Shown: positions 50,818 to 61,567, counted from the first letter of the stretch. The stretch is DNA of 64,000 nucleotides from Saprospiraceae bacterium (GCA_041392845.1 JAWKLG010000005.1:174398-238397), one strand, 5' to 3'. Made by a program: numbers and translations. Notes: generated from the letters alone by a model not told the origin.

Positions 50818-52107
50818 TTGGGAATTATCAATATTTTATTGGTAACAGCATTGCCATTGTTATCCATAGTTTTTCTTATTCTAAGAATGTTATATGGATA
50901 CAGGGTTTCAAAAAGATGGCATACAGGACTTTGGGTTCTTGGAGTGGTGAACATGGTTTGTTTATCAGGAATAGGATCCCATCTAGGCAATCAATTTAAG
51001 GTTGGAAAGGATATAGAAAAAGTTGTTGAAGCTCCGGTTATCTCCGGTGATACCTTAAAAATAGAAATGGCTGAAAACCTTGCAGGAGATTTTACCATCT
51101 TTTTCAATGACCCTAGAATCGTAGACAAGAACTTATTGACTGAAAATGTACACGTCAATATTTTAAAAGCAAAAGGGGAGAATTTTGAATTTGAAACCAA
51201 AAGGAAAGCCCGAGGAGCAGAAAGTGCCGAAGCTGCTCAATTGGCAAACGAGTTCCATCACCAGGTAACATTCGATAATAATTCGGTTCAAATCAATCCT
51301 TATTTAAGCATACCTCCCGGTTCAAAATGGAGGGCACAGGCGGTCTATTTCACAATAAGGGTACCGGAAGGAAAAAGTGTTCTTATCGGTGAAAACCTAA
51401 GCCACCATCTCAAGACCATAGACGTAAACACAGAAGTAGACAGGCCCTGGATGATGAAAGACCAGATTTGGACCATGGGAGAAAACGGATTGGAGATTCC
51501 CGGTTACAAGGATGAAGAGAAGAAATCGGTCCAAAAGAATTTCAGGGATTTCAGTCAATTATCGCTTAGCGGAAACATCAAAGTACAAATCGAGAAAAGC
51601 GAGATTTATGAAGTCAATATAAAAGGTTCGAAAGAAGGTAAAGAGTCCATTAGATTTGAGAAGCTGGAGGAAACTTTATTGATTGAATCACCCAACCAAA
51701 ATTGGAGTTCACCTGTCAGAGTATATTTGAAATGTCCAAACCTTGAATGGTTGGAAGTTGAAAATACCAATGATGTGAAGATTTCCGGTTTTGATGGAGA
51801 TGAGATGAAAATGGATCTTGAAGGGGATATGGAAGTAAAGGCCTACAATCTCAATGTTAAAAACCTGTATGTAAGCTTAAAACAAAAAGTGCAAGCTGAC
51901 TTTAAAGGATCCGCTGAAACACTTGAATTGGAAATGGATGGCCAAAGCAATTTTAATAGTGAATTTTTTACCGTAAAAAATGCCACCATCAACTCAAAGG
52001 GTTACAACAAACCGGTTAGGCTTACTGTGACTGACCAATTACAAAGAACCGGTTTTGATCCTGAACGATGGGATATCAAAGGAGAACCAGAAATTGAAGA
52101 AAAATAA
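50818..52107 (+). CDS. C-terminal portion of the same PspC-domain protein (TM segments plus beta-rich putative-adhesin-like domain)
   Basis: This frame is open from 50545, i.e. overlapping the A10 tract, and encodes TM helices that continue the PspC architecture. Listed start is only the first TTG. Confidence 0.55.
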   Translation: MGIINILLVTALPLLSIVFLILRMLYGYRVSKRWHTGLWVLGVVNMVCLSGIGSHLGNQFKVGKDIEKVVEAPVISGDTLKIEMAENLAGDFTIFFNDPRIVDKNLLTENVHVNILKAKGENFEFETKRKARGAESAEAAQLANEFHHQVTFDNNSVQINPYLSIPPGSKWRAQAVYFTIRVPEGKSVLIGENLSHHLKTIDVNTEVDRPWMMKDQIWTMGENGLEIPGYKDEEKKSVQKNFRDFSQLSLSGNIKVQIEKSEIYEVNIKGSKEGKESIRFEKLEETLLIESPNQNWSSPVRVYLKCPNLEWLEVENTNDVKISGFDGDEMKMDLEGDMEVKAYNLNVKNLYVSLKQKVQADFKGSAETLELEMDGQSNFNSEFFTVKNATINSKGYNKPVRLTVTDQLQRTGFDPERWDIKGEPEIEEK

Positions 52108-52139
52108 GTTACACCATAAATCTGAAATCACCCGAATTG

Positions 52140-52172
52140 AAGCCTCTCCGAAAGGAGGGGCTTTTTTATTAT
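52140..52172 (+). terminator. Rho-independent terminator
   Basis: aGCCTCTCCgaaaGGAGGGGCtttttt. Confidence 0.6.
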
Positions 52173-52301
52173 ATATATTCACATGTGAATTAAACCATAA
52201 TATGGGTATGCATCGAAGTATTACATTTTGTAAATTGCATACTGAAAATCGAGATAAACCTCAATCCAATAAGCTTTTTCGATTACTAAACTAAATATCC
52301 C

Positions 52302-54191
52302 ATGAACTTGAAACTTTTACCCATTCTTTTTGGAGCGCTATTGTCGTGCTCATCCCTAATTTCAGCCCAAAATAATCTTACCATTTCCTACAACGGTTTC
52401 ACTACTTTTTGTGGCGGAGAATTATCTGAACCACAATGTACCGGTTCGGTAAACATCACTCCGGTTTCCAGTGGTGGATGTTCAGACGCGATTTTCTTTT
52501 GGAAAATAGATTTGGATGCTCAAACATTCCAGGATTCAGACCTTGCCGGAGGCGGTCCTATTGATTCAAGGCTTCCTTTAGGAAACCATATTGTCAGGTT
52601 CTCAGGAAGAGATTTCTGTGGAAACCAGGCAGAATTAGACATAAAAATTGAGGTAGTGGATTGTACTCCGCCAGTTCCGGTTTGTTATAATGGTCTTTCA
52701 GTAGATCTTATGCCTGGTGGAATCGTTGAAGTTTATGGATCTGATTTTGACGCATCCAGCTTTGATAATTGTTATGGCTATGAAACTCGGATTAACCGTA
52801 TTATAGATGAAAATGGAGATGGCATTATAAACTCAGATGATTATCAAGTTATTCCTCCAACAACTGAAATGGTTAGTTTTAGATGTAAGGACTTAGGAAC
52901 CAATCATGTCCAAATGTGGGTAAAAGAAAAATCAAACGATCACTACAATAACTGGTCTTCTTGCGTTACCCTGGTTGAAGTTCAGGATGGCCTTAGTGCA
53001 TGTGGAGATGGGGACAGGATAATTGGTTATGTTAAAAACATCTTATACAATCCCTTATCTGGTATAAATATTTTATTAAGCTATGGACCTAGATATACAA
53101 CTGATGATTCTGGTTTATTTAGAATAAATGAAAACTATATATATGGAAACATCCAAGCAGAAACTAATAGTTCTGTGACAAAAGGAGTTTCAATTGAGGA
53201 TCTGAATCTGATTTCTAAGCATATACTGGGTACTAAAAGGCTGGATCATCCCTTTAAATTGATTGCAGCTGATGTAAACCAGTCTCAATCAATTAGCACT
53301 TTGGATCTTTTTTACTTAAAGAAAATTTTATTGGGACTTGAAACGAAATTTCCCAATGATAAAAATTGGATTTTCATTCCAACAAATTTCAAATTTTCAG
53401 ATTCAAGTAATCCATGGGTATTTCCATCCTCTTTTAAGATAGATGACTACCGAATTGGCTATAGTTTTGATTTCACCGGTATAAAACTCGGCGACGTAAC
53501 TGGAGATGCGAATTTCAAACAGCCTGATAAATCCTTAGAACCACGATCTGCTTTTCAATATGCATTGCCGGAAATGGATTTGGAAAAGGATATAGAATAT
53601 TCTATTCCCGTAAGAAGTCTAAATGCAGTTGAAGCTGTCCAAGCCGCTCTAGAACTACATCCTGATTTAGAATTGATTTCCATTAAAAATGGAGCAATTG
53701 ATTTTGAAACTTCTATGGCTTTCGACGAAGTTTCCAATACCTTAAAATTCATTGGTGTAGGAAAGTTGATCGAAGCAGAAGAAATACTATTTACGCTTCA
53801 TTTAAAGTCAAGAGAATCCGGAAATGCCAAAGATTTAATTCACCTTTCAGAAGAAGAACTTGAATCAAAGGTTTTGCTAGCAGGTGGTAAGACCGTTAAT
53901 GGTGAACTTTATTTCCAAAAAGATTCAAACTCTGGCATAAAAGCAACGGCAAGTCCAAATCCATTTTCAGACCAAATCAACATCCGATTTGAAATAGAAA
54001 ATAGTTCAAGTCTGGATTTCAGAATTACGGATATTCAAGGAAAAGAAATATACGCTTCTTATGCAAGTTACGAAGCAGGACTCCACGAAATTGTTGTTCC
54101 TGGAAGCTTGTTCCCCAGAGCGGGCATTTATTATTATCAATTTAAGTCAGAGGATGTTTTCCAGGTTGGTAAAATAGTTCACTTGAAATAA
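52302..54191 (+). CDS. Secreted T9SS cargo protein, copy 1: HYR-like domain, carboxypeptidase-regulatory-like domain, dockerin-like repeat, T9SS C-terminal sorting domain
   Basis: Signal peptide MNLKLLPILFGALLSCSSLISAQ. HYR-like GNHIVRFSGRDFCGNQAELDIKIEVVDCTPPVPVC. Dockerin-like ADVNQSQSISTLDLFYLKKILLG. T9SS CTD ...ASPNPFSDQINIRFEI...GIYYYQFKSEDVFQVGKIVHLK. Confidence 0.75.
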   Translation: MNLKLLPILFGALLSCSSLISAQNNLTISYNGFTTFCGGELSEPQCTGSVNITPVSSGGCSDAIFFWKIDLDAQTFQDSDLAGGGPIDSRLPLGNHIVRFSGRDFCGNQAELDIKIEVVDCTPPVPVCYNGLSVDLMPGGIVEVYGSDFDASSFDNCYGYETRINRIIDENGDGIINSDDYQVIPPTTEMVSFRCKDLGTNHVQMWVKEKSNDHYNNWSSCVTLVEVQDGLSACGDGDRIIGYVKNILYNPLSGINILLSYGPRYTTDDSGLFRINENYIYGNIQAETNSSVTKGVSIEDLNLISKHILGTKRLDHPFKLIAADVNQSQSISTLDLFYLKKILLGLETKFPNDKNWIFIPTNFKFSDSSNPWVFPSSFKIDDYRIGYSFDFTGIKLGDVTGDANFKQPDKSLEPRSAFQYALPEMDLEKDIEYSIPVRSLNAVEAVQAALELHPDLELISIKNGAIDFETSMAFDEVSNTLKFIGVGKLIEAEEILFTLHLKSRESGNAKDLIHLSEEELESKVLLAGGKTVNGELYFQKDSNSGIKATASPNPFSDQINIRFEIENSSSLDFRITDIQGKEIYASYASYEAGLHEIVVPGSLFPRAGIYYYQFKSEDVFQVGKIVHLK

Positions 54192-54248
54192 TCAGCATTT
54201 TTAATCCAAGTATCAATAAGCTTTTTCGATTACTAAACTAAATATCCC

Positions 54249-56147
54249 ATGAACTTGAAACTTGTACTCATTCTATTTGGAGCACTATTGTCGTGCTCAT
54301 CCCTAATCTCAGCACCTAATAATCTTTCTATTTCCTATGATGGATTTACCACTTTTTGTGGCGGAGAAATATCCGAACCACAATGTACTGGTCAGGTAAA
54401 TATTAAACCAGATGCCAGTGGTGGTTGCTCAGGTACTGTTTTCTTTTGGAAAATTGACCTGAATACTCAAAGCTTCCAAGATTCAGACCTTTCAGGTGGT
54501 GGATCACTTGACCAAAGGCTGCCCTTGGGAAATCATATAGTTAGATATTCAGGAAGGGATATTTGTGGCAACCAGGCTGAATTAGACATCAAAATTGAAG
54601 TGATTGATTGCACCCCACCAGTTCCTGTATGTTATAATGGTTTATCAATTGATTTAATGCCAAGTGGAAGAATTGAGGTTTGGGCAACAGATTTTGATGC
54701 AAATAGTAATGACAATTGTTACAACCTGGATTATCGGCTAAACCTGGTAAAAGATGAAAATGGAGATGGAGTTATAGGTTCAGAAGACTACAGGACAACA
54801 CCTCCTTCACAAGATTTTGTTACTATTTACTGCGAAAATTTAGGATATAATTATCTCCAAATGTGGGTAAAAGAAGTATCCACTGACCGATTTAATAATT
54901 GGTCCTATTGTGTGACCCAATTAAACGTTGAGGACTCCTACTTTCCATGCAATCTTGCAGATAATCACATGTTTGGTACCATAAGAAATATGCAAAGCAA
55001 TCCCGTAAAAGATGTTGAAATTATAGTGGATGGGTATTTAAAAGCAATTACCAAAAATGATGGACATTACATCTTTGAAAATTCGTATTTTGATCGTTAT
55101 CATATCATTAAGCCTGAAAAAAATGGAAACGTTAATGTGGGTATCTCCATCGATGATCTTTCAATTATTGCGAAGCATATTTTAGGTACACAGCCAATAA
55201 CAGAACCCTTAAAAATGTTGGCCGCAGATGTAAATCAATCTCAATCCATTTCTGCTCTTGATCTTATGTATTTAAAAAAAGTAATGCTAGGTCTTGAAAC
55301 TAAATTTCCAAATGATAAAAACTGGATTTTCCTGCCTAAACATTACACGTTTCCTACTCCTGAATATCCCTGGAACTATCCAACAGAATTTAAAATATCA
55401 GAATATTTATCAAGCTTCAGAATTGATTTCACCGGCATAAAACTCGGAGATGTTACCGGTGATGCGAATTTCAAACAGCCGGATAAATCCTTAGAACCTC
55501 GATCTGGTTTTCAATATGCATTGCCGGAAATGGATTTGGAAAAGGATATGGAATATTCCATTCCTGTAAGAAGTTTAAATACGATCGAAGCTGTACAAGC
55601 CGCAATACAATTAAATCCGGAGGTAGAATTGCTTTCAGTTGAAAACGGGTCGATTGACTTTGAAACTTCCATGGTTTTTGACGAAGCCTCCAATACCTTA
55701 AAATTCATTGGCGTAGGAGAATTGATTGAAGAAGGAGAAATACTTTTTACCCTTCATTTAAAAACCAGACAATCTGGAAATACGAAAGACTTGATACGTC
55801 TTTCAAAAGAAGAACTTGAATCTAAGGTTTTGCTCGCAGGTGGTGAGACCGTTAACGGTGAACTTTATTTCCAAAAAGATTCAAACTCTGGCATAAAAGC
55901 AACGGCCAGCCCAAATCCATTTTCAGACCAACTCAACATCCGATTTGAAATAAAAAATAGTTCAAGTCTGGATTTCAGAATTACGGATATTCAAGGAAAG
56001 GAAATATATGCTTCTTACGCAAGTTACGAATCCGGACTTCACGAAATTGTTGTTCCTGTAAGCTTGTTCCCCAGAGCGGGCATTTATTATTATCAATTTA
56101 AATCAGAGGATGTATTTCAGGTTGGTAAATTGATTCATTTAAAATAA
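54249..56147 (+). CDS. Secreted T9SS cargo protein, copy 2 (tandem paralogue of 52302..54191)
   Basis: Same architecture. About 93% nt identity in the 5' leader/signal region and the 3' CTD, substantially lower in the middle. The ~40-nt upstream leader is duplicated too. Confidence 0.75.
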   Translation: MNLKLVLILFGALLSCSSLISAPNNLSISYDGFTTFCGGEISEPQCTGQVNIKPDASGGCSGTVFFWKIDLNTQSFQDSDLSGGGSLDQRLPLGNHIVRYSGRDICGNQAELDIKIEVIDCTPPVPVCYNGLSIDLMPSGRIEVWATDFDANSNDNCYNLDYRLNLVKDENGDGVIGSEDYRTTPPSQDFVTIYCENLGYNYLQMWVKEVSTDRFNNWSYCVTQLNVEDSYFPCNLADNHMFGTIRNMQSNPVKDVEIIVDGYLKAITKNDGHYIFENSYFDRYHIIKPEKNGNVNVGISIDDLSIIAKHILGTQPITEPLKMLAADVNQSQSISALDLMYLKKVMLGLETKFPNDKNWIFLPKHYTFPTPEYPWNYPTEFKISEYLSSFRIDFTGIKLGDVTGDANFKQPDKSLEPRSGFQYALPEMDLEKDMEYSIPVRSLNTIEAVQAAIQLNPEVELLSVENGSIDFETSMVFDEASNTLKFIGVGELIEEGEILFTLHLKTRQSGNTKDLIRLSKEELESKVLLAGGETVNGELYFQKDSNSGIKATASPNPFSDQLNIRFEIKNSSSLDFRITDIQGKEIYASYASYESGLHEIVVPVSLFPRAGIYYYQFKSEDVFQVGKLIHLK

Positions 56148-56263
56148 ATGACTGTTCAGGAATTCGTTTTTTAAAGCCCGTAAATTGTAAACCGTAATTC
56201 GTAAACACTTACTGATTCAACAAATCTTATAGAGAAATACGAACTGATTTTCACCTTCAAAAA

Positions 56264-57178
56264 CTACCATCTCTTATTCATAGGGTGGAATTGGAGAATG
56301 GTCTCTTTTAAGTATTCTTTATCGAGGTGGGTGTAGATTTCTGTGGTGGTAATGGATTCATGCCCCAACATGTCCTGAACTGCTTTTAAATCTGCACCCC
56401 CTTCAACCAAATGCGTTGCAAATGAATGCCTGAAAGTATGCGGAGAGATATTCTTTTGGATGCCCACCTCTTTTGCCAGGTCTTTGATTATCATAAAAAC
56501 ATATACCCTCGTCAGGTGCTTTCCTCTTCTGTTTAAAAAGACAAAATTCTCCTCTTCCTTCGGAATTTTTGGTAATTTTTTGCGGTCATGGTCCATATAA
56601 AGGCGAATCTGTTTTCCAGCCTCCTCTCCAATCGGCACCAGCCTTTCTTTGTCATTTTTTCCAATGACTTTAATAAAGCCAACGTCCAAAAACAGATTGG
56701 TGATTTTTAAATTAACCAGCTCACTCACACGCAATCCGCAAGCGTATAAGGTTTCAAGCATCGCCCTGTTTCTCGTACCAAAAGGTGTGGAGAGATCGAT
56801 TGCTTCCAACATGGCCTGGATTTCTCCATAGGTAAGCACTTCGGGAATTTTACGACTTAATTTGGGTGCTTCCAGCAGTTCGGTAGGATTGTTTTCAATC
56901 AAATCTTCCATAAGCAGGTACTTATAAAAGGCTTTGATCCCGCTTATCAGTCTTGCCTGGGAACGGACATCCAAACCTATTTTTCCCATAAAAACCAGAA
57001 ACTTTTCAAAGTCTTCCAATTCTAGGGAACCGGGGGCTTTGTTGATGTTTTCAATTTCAAGGTATTCAACCAGCTTGGAAACATCTCTAAGGTAGGATTC
57101 AATGGTATTGACACTCAGGGCTCTTTCGAGCCGCATATAGTTTTTAAATCCTTTGATATAGGCATCCCAGGTAATCAA
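56264..57178 (-). CDS. xerD: Site-specific tyrosine recombinase XerD
   Basis: 304 aa; catalytic R...HxxR...Y (HTFRHSFATHLVEGGADLKAVQDMLGHESITTTEIYTHL). Confidence 0.85.
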   Translation of the reverse strand: MITWDAYIKGFKNYMRLERALSVNTIESYLRDVSKLVEYLEIENINKAPGSLELEDFEKFLVFMGKIGLDVRSQARLISGIKAFYKYLLMEDLIENNPTELLEAPKLSRKIPEVLTYGEIQAMLEAIDLSTPFGTRNRAMLETLYACGLRVSELVNLKITNLFLDVGFIKVIGKNDKERLVPIGEEAGKQIRLYMDHDRKKLPKIPKEEENFVFLNRRGKHLTRVYVFMIIKDLAKEVGIQKNISPHTFRHSFATHLVEGGADLKAVQDMLGHESITTTEIYTHLDKEYLKETILQFHPMNKRW

Positions 57179-57210
57179 TGAGGAATTTTTTTCAAAGATA
57201 CATTTAGACT

Positions 57211-57987
57211 TTAAACCATATCTTCAGAAATCGGATGATTAAGAGATACTTTTCCTCCGTGGAGTTTTTCAACGCCTTCAATCGTGGCTGCAATGGTACC
57301 TAAAACAGGAGCAACCAGCACACCGACAACCGTAAAAAGCAAACCAAGAAAGACCATACCGTTTCCGACAGCCGACCATCTGTTGGATTTCATAAACCGG
57401 ACACTTTCACTCACTTTAAAATGTCTTTCAAGGTAAAAGTCAAAATTGCCAAATCCGGCATAATAAGCTTGAACCAGAAAAATAGTAATAGTCGTAAAAG
57501 GAGCAAAAACAGGAAATAATCCCAACAAAAGCAGACAAACAGTGAGGAACAATTCCCAGGCAATATTTCTTAATGCAATTCTTAAACCTCTGACAAAATC
57601 CGAAACCATTCCCGGAAGAGTCATTCTGGTTTTGGTTTGATTACCGGTAAGGTGTTTTTCTACCTTTTCAGAAAGTGGACTCATAAAGGGTCCGGCTAAA
57701 ACCACAATCAGGTTTTTATAAACCAACAAACCCAAAACGACAATGATCAATCCTCCGGCAACAGATACGATGGTTTCTACAGTTTCAGCTCCTTTTTCCC
57801 AGGGATACCATTGGATGAGCCAGGCGCCGATATCGTCGGACAGGCCAAATGCAGTTGAAAATATACCTACTGCCAACAAAAGACTGATAATGGCCGGAAC
57901 AAGAGCATAGCCCCAAAGTCCTAATTTGGAAATGAGCTTAAAAGCCTGAGTATAAGACCTAAAGGATCGAAAAACTGATGCAATCAT
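57211..57987 (-). CDS. EI24/CysZ family membrane protein
   Basis: AGPFMSPLSEKVEKHLTG and GFGNFDFYLERH segments parallel E. coli CysZ AAPFNGLLAEQLEARLTG / CDYPFDNHK; multi-TM. Confidence 0.6.
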   Translation of the reverse strand: MIASVFRSFRSYTQAFKLISKLGLWGYALVPAIISLLLAVGIFSTAFGLSDDIGAWLIQWYPWEKGAETVETIVSVAGGLIIVVLGLLVYKNLIVVLAGPFMSPLSEKVEKHLTGNQTKTRMTLPGMVSDFVRGLRIALRNIAWELFLTVCLLLLGLFPVFAPFTTITIFLVQAYYAGFGNFDFYLERHFKVSESVRFMKSNRWSAVGNGMVFLGLLFTVVGVLVAPVLGTIAATIEGVEKLHGGKVSLNHPISEDMV

Positions 57988-58102
57988 TTAATTTTTATTT
58001 ATGCTTGCAAGGAACAGTACAACAGGTATTTTGAAAACATTTTTATACAAAAATCCATTTATATTGGACAGGCAAAGCCTTTCACATAAAAATAAATATT
58101 TC

Positions 58103-59008
58103 ATGCAACTTCCTACACTTTCCAAATGGATGCTCATAAGTTTATTTGCTTCCTGCAATGCCGGAACAGCGGTTGAAAAAGTCGATAAAACTCCTTTTCA
58201 TGGAGTAAGTCAGGAGTTTAAAGATTATTGGTACGATGGAAATGCAGAAATTGCTTCTTACGACCTGATCCAATCAAGGTATGGTGAGCAGAGGGAAGGG
58301 CATGCCGTTTGGGTATTTGTGACCGAAGATTTTTCTGAATCCAAACAGGTCAAATTGGACAATCCTGGAGAAGCAGGGAAGGACAAGGTTTCAGTTCTAA
58401 AAAGAAATGCCGTTCGAAAATTCGTAACCGGTATTTACGATTATGCACTAATGAAGTCTGTATTTACGCCAATTGAGGTCAAAAAAAATCCTTACACACT
58501 AAAGACTACTTTCTCTTCTCAGGATTGGTGTGGACAGTCTTTTATGCAATTGAATTGGAAAAAGAATGCCTATCAGGTTCAACAATTCTCCTATTTTGAG
58601 TCAGAAGGGGATGCTTCTTTTTCTTTAAATGGCGCCATTTTGGAAGATGAAATTCCTTCGCGGATAAGAATGGAGGGAGCTAATTTTCCAACCGGTAACT
58701 TGAAAATTATTCCAGCTTCTGCTTTTGCCAGATTACAGCACAAAAATTTGGAAGGCGAAGAGGCGGAGGTAAGTTTAAATGACTTGGGAACCGAATTTGA
58801 ACTCAACGTCCTATATAAAGATATAGACCGAAGCTTGAGTTTTACTTTTGAAAAAGGATTTCCTCATTTTATTACAAAATGGAGAGAGCGAAATGGTAGC
58901 CAACCAGAAACAATTGCTACTTTAAAGGAACATAAAAGGCTCCCCTACTGGTCATTGCACGACAATGATGATTTACCTTTAAGGGACAGCCTTGGTCTTC
59001 CCAGGTAA
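58103..59008 (+). CDS. Hypothetical lipoprotein
   Basis: ATG at 58103 gives MQLPTLSKWMLISLFASCNAG. Confidence 0.5.
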   Translation: MQLPTLSKWMLISLFASCNAGTAVEKVDKTPFHGVSQEFKDYWYDGNAEIASYDLIQSRYGEQREGHAVWVFVTEDFSESKQVKLDNPGEAGKDKVSVLKRNAVRKFVTGIYDYALMKSVFTPIEVKKNPYTLKTTFSSQDWCGQSFMQLNWKKNAYQVQQFSYFESEGDASFSLNGAILEDEIPSRIRMEGANFPTGNLKIIPASAFARLQHKNLEGEEAEVSLNDLGTEFELNVLYKDIDRSLSFTFEKGFPHFITKWRERNGSQPETIATLKEHKRLPYWSLHDNDDLPLRDSLGLPR

Positions 59009-59009
59009 A

Positions 59010-59954
59010 TCATCGAGCGTTTTTTAAATTATATTTTAAAACAGTACCATTTCCAGACTTCTTTCCTTCACTTGAAATCCACATAGTGCCATTTTTTTCA
59101 AAGCAGATTCCTTCGGGTTGAGGCAGGATCTTTTTGTCCAATTTTTCAATATAGTTTATCTCACCTTCTGCAGAAAGCACCATAAGTAATTTACCTACTG
59201 AGGAAAGGATGTAAAACTCTTCTGTAATTGGATGTTGGGCAATGGCGGAAGGCGCAAAGGTAAATCCTCCTTCATCCGGATTGATTTTATCCATGATTTT
59301 CTCTGCGTAGGGAGTAATTTCCTCAGAACCAAGGTAATTTCTTACCATTTGCAGATTTACATAACTGCTAGGGGTGGTATCTATTTCCAGGGTTTCGATA
59401 TCAAAACTGTAAATATTTTTTTGATCATCATCCAGGCCATCCGGAATTCCTTTACAAGCCATCAATAATTTTTTGGTGGTTTCATTGTAGCCCAAACCTT
59501 CAACATTGGCATCTTTATTCAGGAAGGTTTTGATTCGATCAGACTTGACGCTATCAGAAAGGTAATCTTCAATTACAAAGACATCTCCATTGCTTTTTAC
59601 GGTATAAATTTTTTCACCAACTGCCTCTATTCCTTCAAAATCCCCATCTCCCCAAAAGGCCACTTCTTTTACAACTTTTCCATCAATTTTATTGATAAAA
59701 TAAACTACTCCCACTTCATCCTGCACTGCGGCCAGGAGATTGCTATCGGGTAAGATGGTTAATCCGGAAATCTCTTTGAGAGACTCTGGCAATTCAAAAA
59801 CAACTTCCGGCTCAAACATTTCGTAGGGCAATTCATAGCCTTCTTTTTGAAAAACTATCCTGTTTTCTTCTTCCAATCCGCAGGAAGTAAGGCTGGCAAA
59901 TTGAAACAGGGGTGCAATTAAAAAATAGATCCACAGGGTCATTGACATTCGCAC
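59010..59954 (-). CDS. Hypothetical lipoprotein (beta-propeller-like)
   Basis: MRMSMTLWIYFLIAPLFQFASLTSCG lipobox. Confidence 0.5.
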   Translation of the reverse strand: MRMSMTLWIYFLIAPLFQFASLTSCGLEEENRIVFQKEGYELPYEMFEPEVVFELPESLKEISGLTILPDSNLLAAVQDEVGVVYFINKIDGKVVKEVAFWGDGDFEGIEAVGEKIYTVKSNGDVFVIEDYLSDSVKSDRIKTFLNKDANVEGLGYNETTKKLLMACKGIPDGLDDDQKNIYSFDIETLEIDTTPSSYVNLQMVRNYLGSEEITPYAEKIMDKINPDEGGFTFAPSAIAQHPITEEFYILSSVGKLLMVLSAEGEINYIEKLDKKILPQPEGICFEKNGTMWISSEGKKSGNGTVLKYNLKNAR

Positions 59955-60093
59955 TTTTGAGGTTTTCGTATTATTAAAATCAAGTAAAATAAAGGTAAAG
60001 TAACAGGTAAAATGGCTTAGTTTTTATGAAAATCTGTCTGTTATCCTATGCTTTTTACCATCTTTGCCGGGATCAAATAAAAGAATAATATTC

Positions 60094-60528
60094 ATGAAAG
60101 TAAAAGTCATTAATAAATCCGCCCATGAATTACCGGCTTATGAAACAAGCGGAAGTGCCGGGATGGATTTAAGAGCCGACATTACGGAAGCCATCCAACT
60201 TACCTCTTTAGAAAGAACGCTTATTCCCACCGGTTTATTTATTGAACTTCCCCAGGGGTATGAAGCTCAAATTCGTCCAAGAAGCGGATTGTCAATAAAA
60301 AAGGGATTATCGCTGGTAAATTCACCCGGTACCATCGACAGTGATTACAGGGGCGAAATCAAGGTAATTGTGGTAAATCTTTCCAAAGAAACCCAAACTA
60401 TTGAGCCTTCTGAACGTATTGCTCAGATGGTAATTGCCAAATATGAACAAATTGAATGGGAGCCGGTAATCGAGCTGACTTCTTCTGAGAGAGGAGCCGG
60501 CGGATTTGGAAGTACCGGAACAAAATAA
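60094..60528 (+). CDS. dut: dUTP diphosphatase
   Basis: [27 protein letters not shown] dUTPase motifs; ATG at 60094. Confidence 0.9.
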   Translation: MKVKVINKSAHELPAYETSGSAGMDLRADITEAIQLTSLERTLIPTGLFIELPQGYEAQIRPRSGLSIKKGLSLVNSPGTIDSDYRGEIKVIVVNLSKETQTIEPSERIAQMVIAKYEQIEWEPVIELTSSERGAGGFGSTGTK

Positions 60529-60562
60529 TCCAAGCAAAGCCCTCCCTTAAAATTTAAACAAA

Positions 60563-61567
60563 ATGAAAATAATCATCCCAATGGCCGGACGAGGAACCCG
60601 GCTAAGACCCCATACTTTAACAGTACCAAAACCCTTGATTCCAATTGCAGGCAAACCAATGGTGCAGCGATTGGTAGAAGACTTAAATAAAGGACTGGAA
60701 GAAAAAGTTACTGAAGTTGCATTTATTATTGGTGACTTTGGAAAAGAAGTAGAAGCTCAATTAAAGGAAATCGCCAAATCAATTGGGGCTATCGGTAAAA
60801 TATACTACCAGGACCAGCCACTTGGAATAGCTCATGCTTTGTTGTGTGCCAGAGAATCCATGGAAGGTAAGGTAATGGTAGCGTTTTCGGACACTCTTTT
60901 CAAAGCAGATTTCAAATTTGATGATAAAGAAGATGGAGTGATTTGGGTGCAGAGAGTAGAAAACCCTTCTGCGTTTGGTGTAGTTAAAACCAATGAAGAA
61001 GGAGTAATCACTCACTTTGTAGAAAAACCACAGGAATTCGTTTCAGATCAGGCCATAGTTGGCATTTATTATTTCCGTGATGGTGACAATTTGGAAAAAG
61101 AATTGCAATACCTTTTGGACAATGACATCAAGGTAAAAGGTGAATTTCAACTTACCTCTGCTCTTGAAAACATGGAGAAAAATGGTTTGAAATTCAAAAC
61201 CGGAGAAATTGAAGAGTGGTTGGACTGTGGAAATAAAGAAGCGGTGGTTTATACCAATCAAAGAATTTTAGATATCCATCGTGGAACCAAGACCGTTTCC
61301 AACAGTGCCAAAGTAAAAAACTCCATCATCAGAATGCCTTGTTTCATTGGAGATGATGTGGAAATCAAAAACTGTGTGATTGGACCTTTTGTTTCTGTTG
61401 GTGAAAAAACGGTGATTAAGAACTCTGTAATTAAAAATAGCGTTATTCAATCGCATACAACCATCAGAAACGCCGTTTTAGAAAACTCGATGATTGGAAA
61501 CCACGTTAGTTACGAAGGAACTCGCTCAGATGTGGATTTGGGTGATTATTCAAAAAGAAAAGAATGA
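60563..61567 (+). CDS. Sugar-phosphate nucleotidyltransferase with C-terminal left-handed beta-helix
   Basis: IIPMAGRGTRLRPHTLTVPKPLIPIAGKPM NTP-transferase motif; C-terminal hexapeptide-like repeats. Confidence 0.75.
   Translation: MKIIIPMAGRGTRLRPHTLTVPKPLIPIAGKPMVQRLVEDLNKGLEEKVTEVAFIIGDFGKEVEAQLKEIAKSIGAIGKIYYQDQPLGIAHALLCARESMEGKVMVAFSDTLFKADFKFDDKEDGVIWVQRVENPSAFGVVKTNEEGVITHFVEKPQEFVSDQAIVGIYYFRDGDNLEKELQYLLDNDIKVKGEFQLTSALENMEKNGLKFKTGEIEEWLDCGNKEAVVYTNQRILDIHRGTKTVSNSAKVKNSIIRMPCFIGDDVEIKNCVIGPFVSVGEKTVIKNSVIKNSVIQSHTTIRNAVLENSMIGNHVSYEGTRSDVDLGDYSKRKE

Noticed and set aside
56264-57178. Tyrosine recombinase next to a tandem duplication: possible integrase of a mobile element or shufflon
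   Set aside because: Length (304 aa) and sequence match housekeeping XerD. No flanking direct repeats, tRNA target or cargo-like genes. The duplication is explained by simple tandem duplication.
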